Source: a virus (taxonomy: Duplodnaviria > Caudoviricetes). Taken from it: a stretch of 64,000 nt of DNA. The DNA lies in the IMG/VR virus record IMGVR_UViG_3300048691_000224; one strand, 5' to 3'. Positions 40,441 to 50,043 of the stretch are shown here, piece after piece (the first letter of the stretch is position 1; each line of letters begins with the position of its first letter). Under the pieces are notes generated by a model. It worked only from the letters and a program-made list of their open reading frames with translations. It did no database searches and was not told the origin of the DNA. The translations under genes and the position numbers were made by a program.

Positions 40441-41394
40441 TCAAAACGAGAAGTCAGACTCATACGCCTTACTTTGGCGAGTGGGGACTTGTCTGGGAAT
40501 CGAATCGAACATATTATGCAGCATATTGTCAACCAACATACCAACGTGGCGTTGCCTATCAATTTTATCAAAGAATTCATCCTTGAACCACTGAGGAATC
40601 ATCTCCTCATCTGTCGGGACAGCAATCGCCTTAAACATACGACCGGCGTGTTCCATTTCATATTTTAGTTTGAAAATCTTAATTTTCATACCACTCGATA
40701 TTAACAGCGACTCAGTATCTCCCGCAGCTTGTCTAAAATCATTATATAAAATTGCTGCTGATACATGGCCGGGTAGGCGTGTAGTTGGGTAGTCTCTAAA
40801 CGAGGCTGTGTACTGTTCAATTCCCTTGATACCTTTTGGAAGGCCGAGATCCATTAGATCAATCTCATCAATCATTTCATCACGATATTCCATGATAAAA
40901 TCATCTAGCTCTTCATCAGGGGTTCCTGTAAGCATTTTGTGACACGTAGATCGCAGGAATGCTTTGACGGGGCGGGGGGTCGTAGTCTTGCGCATGTCGA
41001 CCCCCATAGCCTTCAGTTCATCCTTGGCCTTGCCTTCTTTGTCGATCACATGGATGACATACCGCTTCTTCTGAATGAAAAATCCTTTATCAGCAACCAA
41101 TTCTCTACCAGTTTTAATGTGCTGGTCGAACCCGGGTTGTACCAAGAATGCTGATCGATTGTACGCGGGGAATGAGGCATTGATCTCATGACCTATCTTG
41201 TCAGCAATCTTAACTACAAGGTTTGGATTGGCATTGGGTGGGATTATCTCACTGAGTGAACAATACAAACTGTTGTGCACCAATATACCGTTGGCGAAAA
41301 AATTATGTACCCCATCAACCTCAATGTCGTACACATCAAGCTCTTGTAGACCCAAATCAATAATTTCAAAATTATCTGTCTCAACTATATTCAT
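40441..41394 (-). CDS. DNA polymerase B, C-terminal fragment preceded by a 41-aa C-intein (41272-41394)
   Basis: VYDIEVDGVHNFFANGILVHN|SLY; FIQKKRY; KAMGVDMRK. Confidence 0.9.
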   Translation of the reverse strand: MNIVETDNFEIIDLGLQELDVYDIEVDGVHNFFANGILVHNSLYCSLSEIIPPNANPNLVVKIADKIGHEINASFPAYNRSAFLVQPGFDQHIKTGRELVADKGFFIQKKRYVIHVIDKEGKAKDELKAMGVDMRKTTTPRPVKAFLRSTCHKMLTGTPDEELDDFIMEYRDEMIDEIDLMDLGLPKGIKGIEQYTASFRDYPTTRLPGHVSAAILYNDFRQAAGDTESLLISSGMKIKIFKLKYEMEHAGRMFKAIAVPTDEEMIPQWFKDEFFDKIDRQRHVGMLVDNMLHNMFDSIPRQVPTRQSKAYESDFSF

Positions 41395-41401
41395 CTATTT
41401 T

Positions 41402-42475
41402 TTACTCTTCAGGGGGATCACGAGGTGGTAGTTTATATTCTGCACGTATTATGTCAAGCACGTGGCTGGGATCACGATCAAAATCTCGCTCCCACACTAC
41501 TATAGTGCGATAGTTCCGGCTTTGTATGTGGGCAAGTTTTTTAGCGTCTGCGTCCCAACACTGAGATGCGGTTTTTCTGCCTCTACCGCGGAGTGCTTTT
41601 GGGAAGTCGGTTGGACCATATAGCGTTGGATTCCCATGATAGTGATCCCCGTTGAATTCTATACAAATCTTGTGGTTGGTATCAACGTAATCATATTTGT
41701 AAAATCGTCTACCCAACGGGTCAAATGACCCAAATTCGGTATTTTTTGTGGCGTAATATACGTGCTCATCCGGAAGCTGTAAGTCATTGACTATTAAGTC
41801 GAACAATACTTGCGACTTTACGGAATAAAAGTTAAATTGATTTGAGAACTTCTCAACCAATTTCTGAGTAGCAAGCTCAATATCCCCATACCGTTGGATA
41901 TAGTTGTCAATTGTGTGGGCTTTAGATTTACATAGCGCATCCCATACTACCAACCCCTCATCCACCCCATGCTTGTCCTGGAACCACTGTAGGGATACTC
42001 CTGCAGTTCGTTGCTTCTCGACATAACTGGTCCATCTAAGCAACCCCTCTTGTTCACCATGGCGGGCGATCATTCTTTCTTTAGTCTGCTTTCTGGTTGA
42101 GTTGTATTCATCAAACTGATCGAGGGTCCACCCATGTGTACGCGATTTATACACAAATGTATTTTTTTCAGCCATGAATGCCCGACGTGCGGCCCATTTT
42201 GCATCTGCGTAAGCGCCGTATGATAATACGTAGCGGTCATATGTGTGGGATAACCCTCCTTTATGCTCAATAACAATCCTCCAATACCGATCAAACATAT
42301 TAGGTTCGATCTTATGAATTTCATATTTCAAGAAGTTATACGTAAACTTGTGGTGATTTTTGTTCCCACTATCTTCCAATTGCTTACTCAGTTGCTGGTA
42401 TTTAATTAAGTCGATATCTGATATGTCTAGGTTGAATGTAGTTGCTTTATTGCGTAGTGTTCGTAAGGTTAGCAT
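41402..42475 (-). mobile_element. Free-standing Vsr/EDxHD-like homing endonuclease between the polB halves
   Basis: YDYVD...IEFNGDHYHG...WDADAKK...VVWERD; KHG.EEG..W repeats. Confidence 0.75.
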
Positions 42476-42477
42476 GT

Positions 42478-44973
42478 TTATGGAGATACAGATTCGGGGG
42501 TATTTACACTAATCAACTTATCCCCCCTTACTATATTCATCGGTGTTGTGCTTATTATTTCAGTGCCGCGGCGGACTATAATGGAGTGATCAGCTGTTAT
42601 AGTAACCGATGCTCCATTTACCCTAACCTCAAACATGCGTTTTTTGACAGTATGTTTCATGACATAATTAATGGGTTTGGTTACTGGGTTGGACCCATCA
42701 AAACCCACACTCGTTGAGCCGACTACTCGCTTGACATAATTGTTGGTAATCGGGTCGTGTTTTATGAAATCACCTGGCTGCTCCTCGTAAAACTGGGCAA
42801 TAGTTTTTTGAATTCCGTTTACATAAATCGCGGTACCCCCAACAACCGAGTCGGTGTCGCCATAGATCAGACATGGGCTTGCAATCTCGTTGTTGATCGC
42901 CCGTGGGTCTTCATCACTAGTAATTGGGTTGATGTTGTAATCTCCATCTATAATTTCACAACCCTTGCGAATTTGGTGCCCGAGTATGCACCTACCTGTT
43001 GCAGTCACTGATTGCCCCATCCGCTTATCATAGAACCGGAAATTTTGATTGAGTAATGCACCGTATGCTGAATTGAGCTTAATTTTCATCGCATATTGCG
43101 TCATATCTGCGAATTCATACTCTGTCTGCAGTAATGCCGCTTGATGAGCATCAGTCGTTGCTGCTATGGCACCCAATACTTGTTTGGATTGAGCTTGGAA
43201 TTGCTTCCTTGTCGAATACCACCTACCGAGTAATGCTGGAATGATGCCTTCAACATCTTGGCGGAAAACTGTACCGTACCCTGAAATGGCATACTTCAGT
43301 TCAATGAGATGCTCCTTCCACATTCTAGCTGACTTAGTTTCTACTTCCTGAGTTTTTTCCCATCTAAATGTTAATTGGGCGGTTGACCCAGCATTAATCT
43401 CAGTCCACGCAGACTCAAACTCACTGAATTGTCCGATTAACGTCTCGGGTGAAATGTTGACGGTGCGGATTGTATTTGGGTATAGAGAATTTATATCATA
43501 ACAAACTATCCAGTTATGCATACCAGTTTGCGGAACTAACACATATGCACCGGCAGCTTGCCCTTGTTCGTCTAGCTGTTTTGTATCAGGGACCCGAACA
43601 TTTAACTCGTACCAACAGTAATTATTGATAGCCATCTCTGCAGACCGGACAGTACCCACAATGTTTTTGAAATGGCACGTAGATTCATGAATTAGTGTAT
43701 TAGCTAAATTTATAAATTTATACTTCTTATCTAACTCTCGAAGAATTTCAGTGTCACGGCAATTGTACCTCACAAACTTACTAAAGTTGTTGTTGTACAG
43801 ATGGTGCAGAGTGCCTTCGTAATCCAACTTCTTGAATCGCTCGCCGAGATGGTCCTGGGAAACAGTTTCCAAGTTCCACGAGTCTCGATCCTCGACTGTA
43901 AACTTCTTGAATAACTCCATGTAGTCGAGTGTGACGCGGCCATCAAACTGAACAAATAATTGCTCTTGGAAGAATACTTCTTTGGTCTGGAACCACGGCG
44001 CTTTACCTTTTGGAAATGACAGCATCTGCAACCACTCTTTGCCTAACACAATCTCCACTCGTTTAGCGAAGTATGGATCATCAAATCGTGAGGAGTTCCA
44101 ACCAGACAACAAATCTGATTGTTGAATTTCCTCAACGGACCGAGTGAGTAGCTCAGTCTCATTTTTACAGAACACAATTGTAACCTTGGAATCAATATCT
44201 TCAAATAAACTGTAGTCAAACAGTTCTTCGACATTGCATCCTGTCCAGGACTTGGGTGGGACAGAAAAGATGACGTACTCGTCTTTCCAGGTGTGGTAGA
44301 ACGCAATTGAGTTTAGTGGTGCGTATGGATCGAGTGGTGAGCTGAAACCGATTGGCCCATCGTATGTGTACAATGAATTTTTAACCGCCACCCACTTCTT
44401 TACCGGCTCATCCCACACCTCAACATCAGGATCGCTCCTATAATCGCGAAGGTCCCAAACTGTAGCTTCGAAGGATTCTGAACCAATATTGCGAAGTTTG
44501 ATTTTATGGTCCGCGTCGTACTTTTTGGGCCGGTAATCTACCTCGATGTCATAGTATGTTGTGTTGATGTGAGGCAATTCACATTTATAATACAGCGCAC
44601 TCAGCGCCTTTAGTTCAGGTGGAATGTCGCTCTCAAATAAATCAACATCGATTGGTTTGCTATCTAGAAACTTCGACATCTCCTTCTTATTTGAGAATTC
44701 TAGTTCATACAAATCATCACCAAACATTGATTGATATTTGGTAGTTTCATCAATTGCAGTAGTACCAAGCCCCAGAAACTTTTTTAACACTCCATCAGGC
44801 GTTCCTTCTTCTACCGAATCACTAAACTCAGCGTGGGTTGAGTACCAGTCGCTACACTTGATGTAGCAATTGTACAGCGCCCTGACTGTCTTAATCGTCG
44901 GGGCGTGGTTAGGTGTCAGGCGTTGTTCCCAGATGGTTACGTGATCGAAGTGTCTACTAGCTGCAATGTACAT
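42478..44973 (-). CDS. DNA polymerase B, N-terminal fragment ending in a 123-aa N-intein (42478-42849)
   Basis: ExoI YDIEVD, ExoII WNSSRFD, ExoIII YNCRD; YDINSLYP; KIKLNSAYG; YGDTD|SVVGGT. Confidence 0.92.
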   Translation of the reverse strand: MYIAASRHFDHVTIWEQRLTPNHAPTIKTVRALYNCYIKCSDWYSTHAEFSDSVEEGTPDGVLKKFLGLGTTAIDETTKYQSMFGDDLYELEFSNKKEMSKFLDSKPIDVDLFESDIPPELKALSALYYKCELPHINTTYYDIEVDYRPKKYDADHKIKLRNIGSESFEATVWDLRDYRSDPDVEVWDEPVKKWVAVKNSLYTYDGPIGFSSPLDPYAPLNSIAFYHTWKDEYVIFSVPPKSWTGCNVEELFDYSLFEDIDSKVTIVFCKNETELLTRSVEEIQQSDLLSGWNSSRFDDPYFAKRVEIVLGKEWLQMLSFPKGKAPWFQTKEVFFQEQLFVQFDGRVTLDYMELFKKFTVEDRDSWNLETVSQDHLGERFKKLDYEGTLHHLYNNNFSKFVRYNCRDTEILRELDKKYKFINLANTLIHESTCHFKNIVGTVRSAEMAINNYCWYELNVRVPDTKQLDEQGQAAGAYVLVPQTGMHNWIVCYDINSLYPNTIRTVNISPETLIGQFSEFESAWTEINAGSTAQLTFRWEKTQEVETKSARMWKEHLIELKYAISGYGTVFRQDVEGIIPALLGRWYSTRKQFQAQSKQVLGAIAATTDAHQAALLQTEYEFADMTQYAMKIKLNSAYGALLNQNFRFYDKRMGQSVTATGRCILGHQIRKGCEIIDGDYNINPITSDEDPRAINNEIASPCLIYGDTDSVVGGTAIYVNGIQKTIAQFYEEQPGDFIKHDPITNNYVKRVVGSTSVGFDGSNPVTKPINYVMKHTVKKRMFEVRVNGASVTITADHSIIVRRGTEIISTTPMNIVRGDKLISVNTPESVSP

Positions 44974-45062
44974 TGATTTGGGTGTTTTGTATACTAAGAA
45001 AAGATAAAACTCACCTAATATTATCAGGTGAGTTGTGAGTTGTTAGCTAGATTGTAGTAGGA

Positions 45063-45578
45063 TTAAAATTCAGAGAGTAGATCTTCATTCCACTCTCTGT
45101 GACCTTCCCGAAAGGCCATATTCGCTTGTGTTTCACGGACCTCAACTTTATAGCACCAGAGCCGCTCAGCTTCGCTTTGCCCCAACATGTCGGGAATGTA
45201 AACGCCATTGACGTATTTGTATAACATGTCTGCCAATCCTTCACAGCCCAATCTAGGGAGGATCGTTAGCTTAGCAATGCCTGCACTCTGCATTGCTTCA
45301 TAGAGCGTAATATATGGATCATCCTGGGCGACTAGTAGTGTATGGTCAAATTGATCTGCCAAAACTTGTTTTAATTCTTTGAGGCCGCCATAGTCACAAA
45401 CCCAGTTTCTTTTGTCAAGATCATTTGTACCGAAGTAAAACTTCATTGAAAAACAGTACCCGTGTACAGTGTTGCACCAGGTGTCTGATTTCCACTGGCG
45501 ATATGCACACGGGAATGCGTCAACGTACTCTTTTGTGGATGTGAATTTGTATGCGATTGGCTGATGTTGTGGGGTCAT
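45063..45578 (-). CDS. queD: 6-carboxy-tetrahydropterin synthase (QueD/PTPS family)
   Basis: CAYRQW...C..VHGY...WVCDYGGLK...QFDHTLL...GCEGLA. Confidence 0.85.
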   Translation of the reverse strand: MTPQHQPIAYKFTSTKEYVDAFPCAYRQWKSDTWCNTVHGYCFSMKFYFGTNDLDKRNWVCDYGGLKELKQVLADQFDHTLLVAQDDPYITLYEAMQSAGIAKLTILPRLGCEGLADMLYKYVNGVYIPDMLGQSEAERLWCYKVEVRETQANMAFREGHREWNEDLLSEF

Positions 45579-46540
45579 TGTAATCTTTCTGTAGTATAGT
45601 TAATAAATTCGCTCAGAACTTCTACTGTTTGTTGCTCCGTGAAGTCAGATCGGACGACAAAGACTTTGTACCCTCGATCTTCAGCCATTTGTATTTTAGC
45701 TTGGTCTTTTGAATATTTTTGTGCATATGTCATGCCAGTTATCTCCATCAGCTCATCAGGAAATTCCTCAGCTTGCTGTTTAGTTGGGTGCCACCGAAAT
45801 CCATCATACTCTAAAATTGATTTGGCTTCACGTACACAGAAATCATAAAAATTAACACCACTCTTAGAACTCAAAAACCACTCACATTTGGATTTGTCGG
45901 AGGAACTTCTGTAATACAGCGAGTAATTTAATAGCCATGGATTTTCCAACAACACTCGATCGATTAGTATTTCAGCTTCCTTCGAATGGCCGATAGACTT
46001 GAAAATTTTCTGGAGGTAACGGGCGTATAATTCGTGACCAAGCTCACCATGCTTGTCGATGTAAATTTGGAGCTTTGTTTTATTACCATATCGCTCTTTT
46101 TTGGTTGCGGATGATTTCGCAGCTCTCGTCGTGATGTGGTATTGCCGTTCTGTCTCAGATAGATTGGACCAATACTTATCAATAGCAGCTTTTCGTTTTG
46201 CATGCATTGCATCTACCGCAACCTCTCCACCACTTGCTCGGACTAGAGCGACAGTGTTCTTCTTAGCGACAGTGTCCTGCCATTTTTTTCTACCTAACTC
46301 TTCACCCCACCTAGCAATCATATTTTCTTCCGACTGCCTGGATTTATTCACATGATTATTAAATCTAGTTAAACCATCTAGTGGATATCTCCACACAAAC
46401 CACTCCTTGGTTAGTCGTGTATACGGGTGAGTGGCGTAAGTTTGTGCTCGTATAGCCAATCGCCGTTGGGTAGCCTCAAATTTCTCAACCCCTCGATCGT
46501 TACCATATTTATCGATGTAGTCTTGTACCGTCATTACCAT
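45575..46540 (-). mobile_element. Second Vsr/EDxHD-like homing endonuclease
   Basis: FYDFC...ILEYDGFRWH...KDQAK...GYKVFVV; KYG..RG and WGEELG repeats. Confidence 0.7.
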
Positions 46541-46579
46541 ATCCGTGCTCCTAATTAAAAGAGTATTTATACACGGATA
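46540..46579 (-). promoter_or_regulatory. Late promoter TATAAATA (46564-46571) inside a hairpin that covers the SD-to-start region
   Basis: TATCCGTG/CACGGATA arms; CTCTT can pair with AGGAG. Confidence 0.75.
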
Positions 46580-46625
46580 CTAATTATAGGTAGCACGTTA
46601 GGGTCATAATTATTTGCAGTATACT

Positions 46626-46808
46626 TTAATCAGTTGAGTTATCAGTATGGAGGTCAGGATTCAGATCTTCTTCAATTTCTTCGTGGTCGGACCACTCAAC
46701 GTTCGGTTGTTTTGTGCCGAATATTCTATCCCAACCTGTTCGATATGAGTCTGATGCTTTCTTGGAAATCAGTGCGTCACCAGTGATGTCATTGCGGGCT
46801 GTGGTCAT
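46626..46808 (-). CDS. Small T4-like conserved hypothetical protein
   Basis: MTTARNDITGD...SK...Y..GWDRIFG; coupled to the folE stop. Confidence 0.65.
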   Translation of the reverse strand: MTTARNDITGDALISKKASDSYRTGWDRIFGTKQPNVEWSDHEEIEEDLNPDLHTDNSTD

Positions 46809-47497
46809 GATAATTTTTGACGGGCGATGGCCAGAAATTCTGAGCGGACACTCGAGTCGGTTACAAATTTTCCACTCATCGCACACGTTGTTGTATCCGA
46901 AGCTGTATCTTTTGCTCCCCGTGTTGACATACACAAATGTGCCATGGATGCAAACACAGCGACACTGTCGGATTTTGTGACAAACTTGACAGCTTCCAAA
47001 ATTTGATGTGTGAGACGTTCCTGTACCTGTGGGCGGGCGGCGAAAAAGTTCGCAATTCGACTCAACTTTGACAACCCAAGCACTTTATCCGCTGGAATGT
47101 AAGCGATCACAATTGAAGGTTGGTTCAAGCCACCCGCAGGAATTATGGACAAAAGGTGATGTTCACACTGAGAAGCCGCAGAAACTGCGACTGCAACAAA
47201 TTCATCTGGTGCTGACATCTTATTGTCTACGGTCGTGCACTTTGGGAAGTTGTTGTAATCAAGCCCCCACATCATATCATCTACCCACATCTTAGCAACC
47301 CGCATCGGAGTCTCTGTTAAGCTATCATCCGTCAGGTCTAAACCAAGCACTTCTAACATTGCTTTGGTACTCGCTTCAATAGCGGCTAATTTTTCCGCTC
47401 TGGAAGCGTTCACCTTATCTGTAGTCGGTGTCTCGAGACCGAGAGATTTCAAGTGGGTGTGTACTTGACTTCCAAGTAATTTATCTGTGCTTGCCAT
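46805..47497 (-). CDS. folE: GTP cyclohydrolase I
   Basis: ETPMRVAKM; CEHH; GLSKLSR; RPQVQERLT; HLCMSTRG. Confidence 0.95.
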   Translation of the reverse strand: MASTDKLLGSQVHTHLKSLGLETPTTDKVNASRAEKLAAIEASTKAMLEVLGLDLTDDSLTETPMRVAKMWVDDMMWGLDYNNFPKCTTVDNKMSAPDEFVAVAVSAASQCEHHLLSIIPAGGLNQPSIVIAYIPADKVLGLSKLSRIANFFAARPQVQERLTHQILEAVKFVTKSDSVAVFASMAHLCMSTRGAKDTASDTTTCAMSGKFVTDSSVRSEFLAIARQKLS

Positions 47498-47520
47498 GGT
47501 TATATCCTATAATAGTTTTG

Positions 47521-47805
47521 TTAAATCAATTGAATGCCAGAAACCTCTGTGAGGTACTGCTTCTCAAAATCGGGGTGTGGAGTACTTACAACAACAACGT
47601 GCTTGCGATCCAATTCAAAATCTTCTTTGTCATTGTTACTCATCAGTACGGGAATGAGTGCCATGCCGACCCCGCCTCCTTGTTGAGGCATGATGTGGAG
47701 TTTGCGGACTTTTGTCAGCGACAAGACTGTATTGGAGTCGAGTGTCTCTTGTTGCTGAGCAATCCATTCAGCGCCGTTAGTTAGTAGAATTGATACTGTT
47801 TTCAT
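47521..47805 (-). CDS. Small beta-barrel (Sm/SH3-like) hypothetical protein
   Basis: LLTNGAEWIA pattern. Confidence 0.5.
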   Translation of the reverse strand: MKTVSILLTNGAEWIAQQQETLDSNTVLSLTKVRKLHIMPQQGGGVGMALIPVLMSNNDKEDFELDRKHVVVVSTPHPDFEKQYLTEVSGIQLI

Positions 47806-48352
47806 GTGCTTTCTTTTGTTTTAGTAGGTATCTTAAAATTGTATCGTATTGAAACTTGTTACTAGGATCAAATTTGATATATTTGATATTTTGAGATATA
47901 AGATGAGTTGTGATCAACTCATCGATCACCTTCGCTTGATCTACATCTTCATTTCTGCCTAGATGACTGTATGGTAGTGAACCACGATCGATGAATAGGT
48001 TTACATTATTGTAGCTCTTGTACACTTTGTTCACAAGAGCGCTATACTCATCGAATGGGCAATATTTGTCGTATGGGCGTTGGGACGCATACACAACTGG
48101 CAAGTTGATTGGAGAATCACATACTGCAATCTCACACTTACCTACAACTGATCGCAATAGTCGATGTTGTTGAGCAAAGCAATAATCAGGCTGATCAAAT
48201 ACATCTGTGTGTCCCCACCAAGCAGCGTCCTTGACAAATTCGTACACATACTCAGTCGTTAATCCAGCTAATTTCAAATCATACGTCAGGCGTAGTGCTG
48301 TAGTTGATTTGCCAGCGCCAGGGCCAGCATACAGGTTAACGACTATTGTCAT
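47777..48352 (-). CDS. P-loop nucleotide kinase-like protein (NadR/AAA_28 type)
   Basis: AGPGAGKST; EFVKD; CDSP. Confidence 0.8.
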   Translation of the reverse strand: MTIVVNLYAGPGAGKSTTALRLTYDLKLAGLTTEYVYEFVKDAAWWGHTDVFDQPDYCFAQQHRLLRSVVGKCEIAVCDSPINLPVVYASQRPYDKYCPFDEYSALVNKVYKSYNNVNLFIDRGSLPYSHLGRNEDVDQAKVIDELITTHLISQNIKYIKFDPSNKFQYDTILRYLLKQKKAHENSINSTN

Positions 48353-48555
48353 GTTGTGGTGGGAGTAGTACTAACAGAATCTGTATATTGTCGAATACTC
48401 TTGAACAGTGGAGACTCAGGAGCTGTGGTGTACCAAGACACAGCATTACTAACCGTATTCGCGACCCACGCTTCGTGGACTTGTTTGAATTCTCCCGTAG
48501 ATCTTTCCCGTGTCAGATACTTCTCAATATCTGCGTGCGTTATAATGGTGCTCAT
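48349..48555 (-). CDS. Hypothetical protein
   Basis: Coupled ORF. Confidence 0.5.
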   Translation of the reverse strand: MSTIITHADIEKYLTRERSTGEFKQVHEAWVANTVSNAVSWYTTAPESPLFKSIRQYTDSVSTTPTTT

Positions 48556-49220
48556 TTGATTTGTCCTAATAGTGTATACCGTTGATATGCAGCACAGTAT
48601 AGTATGTTACATGAAATGATGTCAACATGCTTGTGTGCTTGTTCAACCAAATCAAATATTGAATTGCAACAATTGACGTGCCCTTCACAGTCGAATAGAT
48701 TATTGCTCTGCAGCAATATAGTCTGCCCTCGTTGAAGCATACTCAACCACATCGGAAGATCAGGTATGTGTTCGCAACTTGTGTTTATTACTACACCGTA
48801 ATCACCGTACAACTGGAAGTCGTACATATCAACAGTAACAGCAGTAAAACGATTTGGATCACGGATGTACGCGTCTGCGATCGGTGCTACAGTTGGGTCT
48901 ATATCCAATGAAGTAATGTGTAAGTTTTGTTTCTTACTCAACAACAATTTGCTTAGTGTACCATACCACCCACCAACCACCAGAGCTGTGTCGTGGTCGA
49001 GACCTGTGTTGTATAGCATATCGCAAGCTAATATCTTACTCGCAAGTTGTCCCTCTGATAGTGCGTCTCTGACGGCATCAGCTTGCACTCGCATTGGTTG
49101 GTGGTATAGTTCGCTAACAAGGTCACTGGTTAGGGCAGCAGGAATGTGGTTATCGCTCAATATATCCCAAGAGTAAGAAGTTGTGAGGTGTAGTACTAGA
49201 TCAGTGTGTGATGTATTCAT
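48552..49220 (-). CDS. SAM-dependent methyltransferase
   Basis: VVGGWYG; SLDID; VINTSCEH; LQSN. Confidence 0.75.
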   Translation of the reverse strand: MNTSHTDLVLHLTTSYSWDILSDNHIPAALTSDLVSELYHQPMRVQADAVRDALSEGQLASKILACDMLYNTGLDHDTALVVGGWYGTLSKLLLSKKQNLHITSLDIDPTVAPIADAYIRDPNRFTAVTVDMYDFQLYGDYGVVINTSCEHIPDLPMWLSMLQRGQTILLQSNNLFDCEGHVNCCNSIFDLVEQAHKHVDIISCNILYCAAYQRYTLLGQIK

Positions 49221-49986
49221 TGGGTGATTGTGATGTCCATTGGTCTCTCAACCATGTGAAATTATTAATGAGTGTTGGATCTATATTCTGATCATACCAC
49301 GTTTGTGCAGCACAAACCCCAGCGTTATATTCCAATTGATATTCAGTATTCGGATCATCCGTACGCCAGAGGCTAAGCCTCGCTATCACATCAGCATATT
49401 CTGTGTTGGTCGATAACTCAGCTAGTGATAGGGTAGTTTCGTAGTGGTGTTGAGCGGTTGCTAGTTTAAACACCTCCCGAGCTGTTGCTCTGAATGTGTG
49501 GAATGGAGTTTGGTCAAAATGAGTTATACTTGCGGGTGGAGTGTTCATGCATTTTATGCCGAGTCCTCGCGTCGAGCAGAAATCAATCCATGTGGGTGGT
49601 TTGTCTACGGTCATCAACTGAGTGTTGAATAATTTTATACCACCGTAACCATACGTGCTACCGTTCACAATATTTTTTGTTGGCCATATGTGGGTATATC
49701 CCTGATCCCAAGGTTGGACCTCAGTGTCAAACTTAAACGTACTCAATGGTTCATTATCACCATCAATTACATAAAACATCTCAGTGCTAGCAAGCTTGGC
49801 GGCTTCGTAATGTGCCGCTGCTATACCAACCACACCGTGGACGCGTTTTACATATGGGAAGTCTTCCTGGAGTTTTGCATATGTTGAATCAGCGGTTGGT
49901 TCATCATAACTAATTAGTACAATATCAAACATATAAGCGAGTTCTATAGGCTTATAGCCTACATTCAAAACAAGGAAAAGTTGCAA
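49201..49986 (-). CDS. GT-A fold glycosyltransferase-like protein (start may be ATG 49932)
   Basis: IVLISYDEP; AHYEAA; YVIDGD; YGYGGIKLF. Confidence 0.6.
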   Translation of the reverse strand: MQLFLVLNVGYKPIELAYMFDIVLISYDEPTADSTYAKLQEDFPYVKRVHGVVGIAAAHYEAAKLASTEMFYVIDGDNEPLSTFKFDTEVQPWDQGYTHIWPTKNIVNGSTYGYGGIKLFNTQLMTVDKPPTWIDFCSTRGLGIKCMNTPPASITHFDQTPFHTFRATAREVFKLATAQHHYETTLSLAELSTNTEYADVIARLSLWRTDDPNTEYQLEYNAGVCAAQTWYDQNIDPTLINNFTWLRDQWTSQSPNEYITH

Positions 49987-50043
49987 CAGGTGTTAATCAC
50001 CGTACAACTTTTCCTTGTTGGGGGGAAGCTTTAGTTCAATAGG

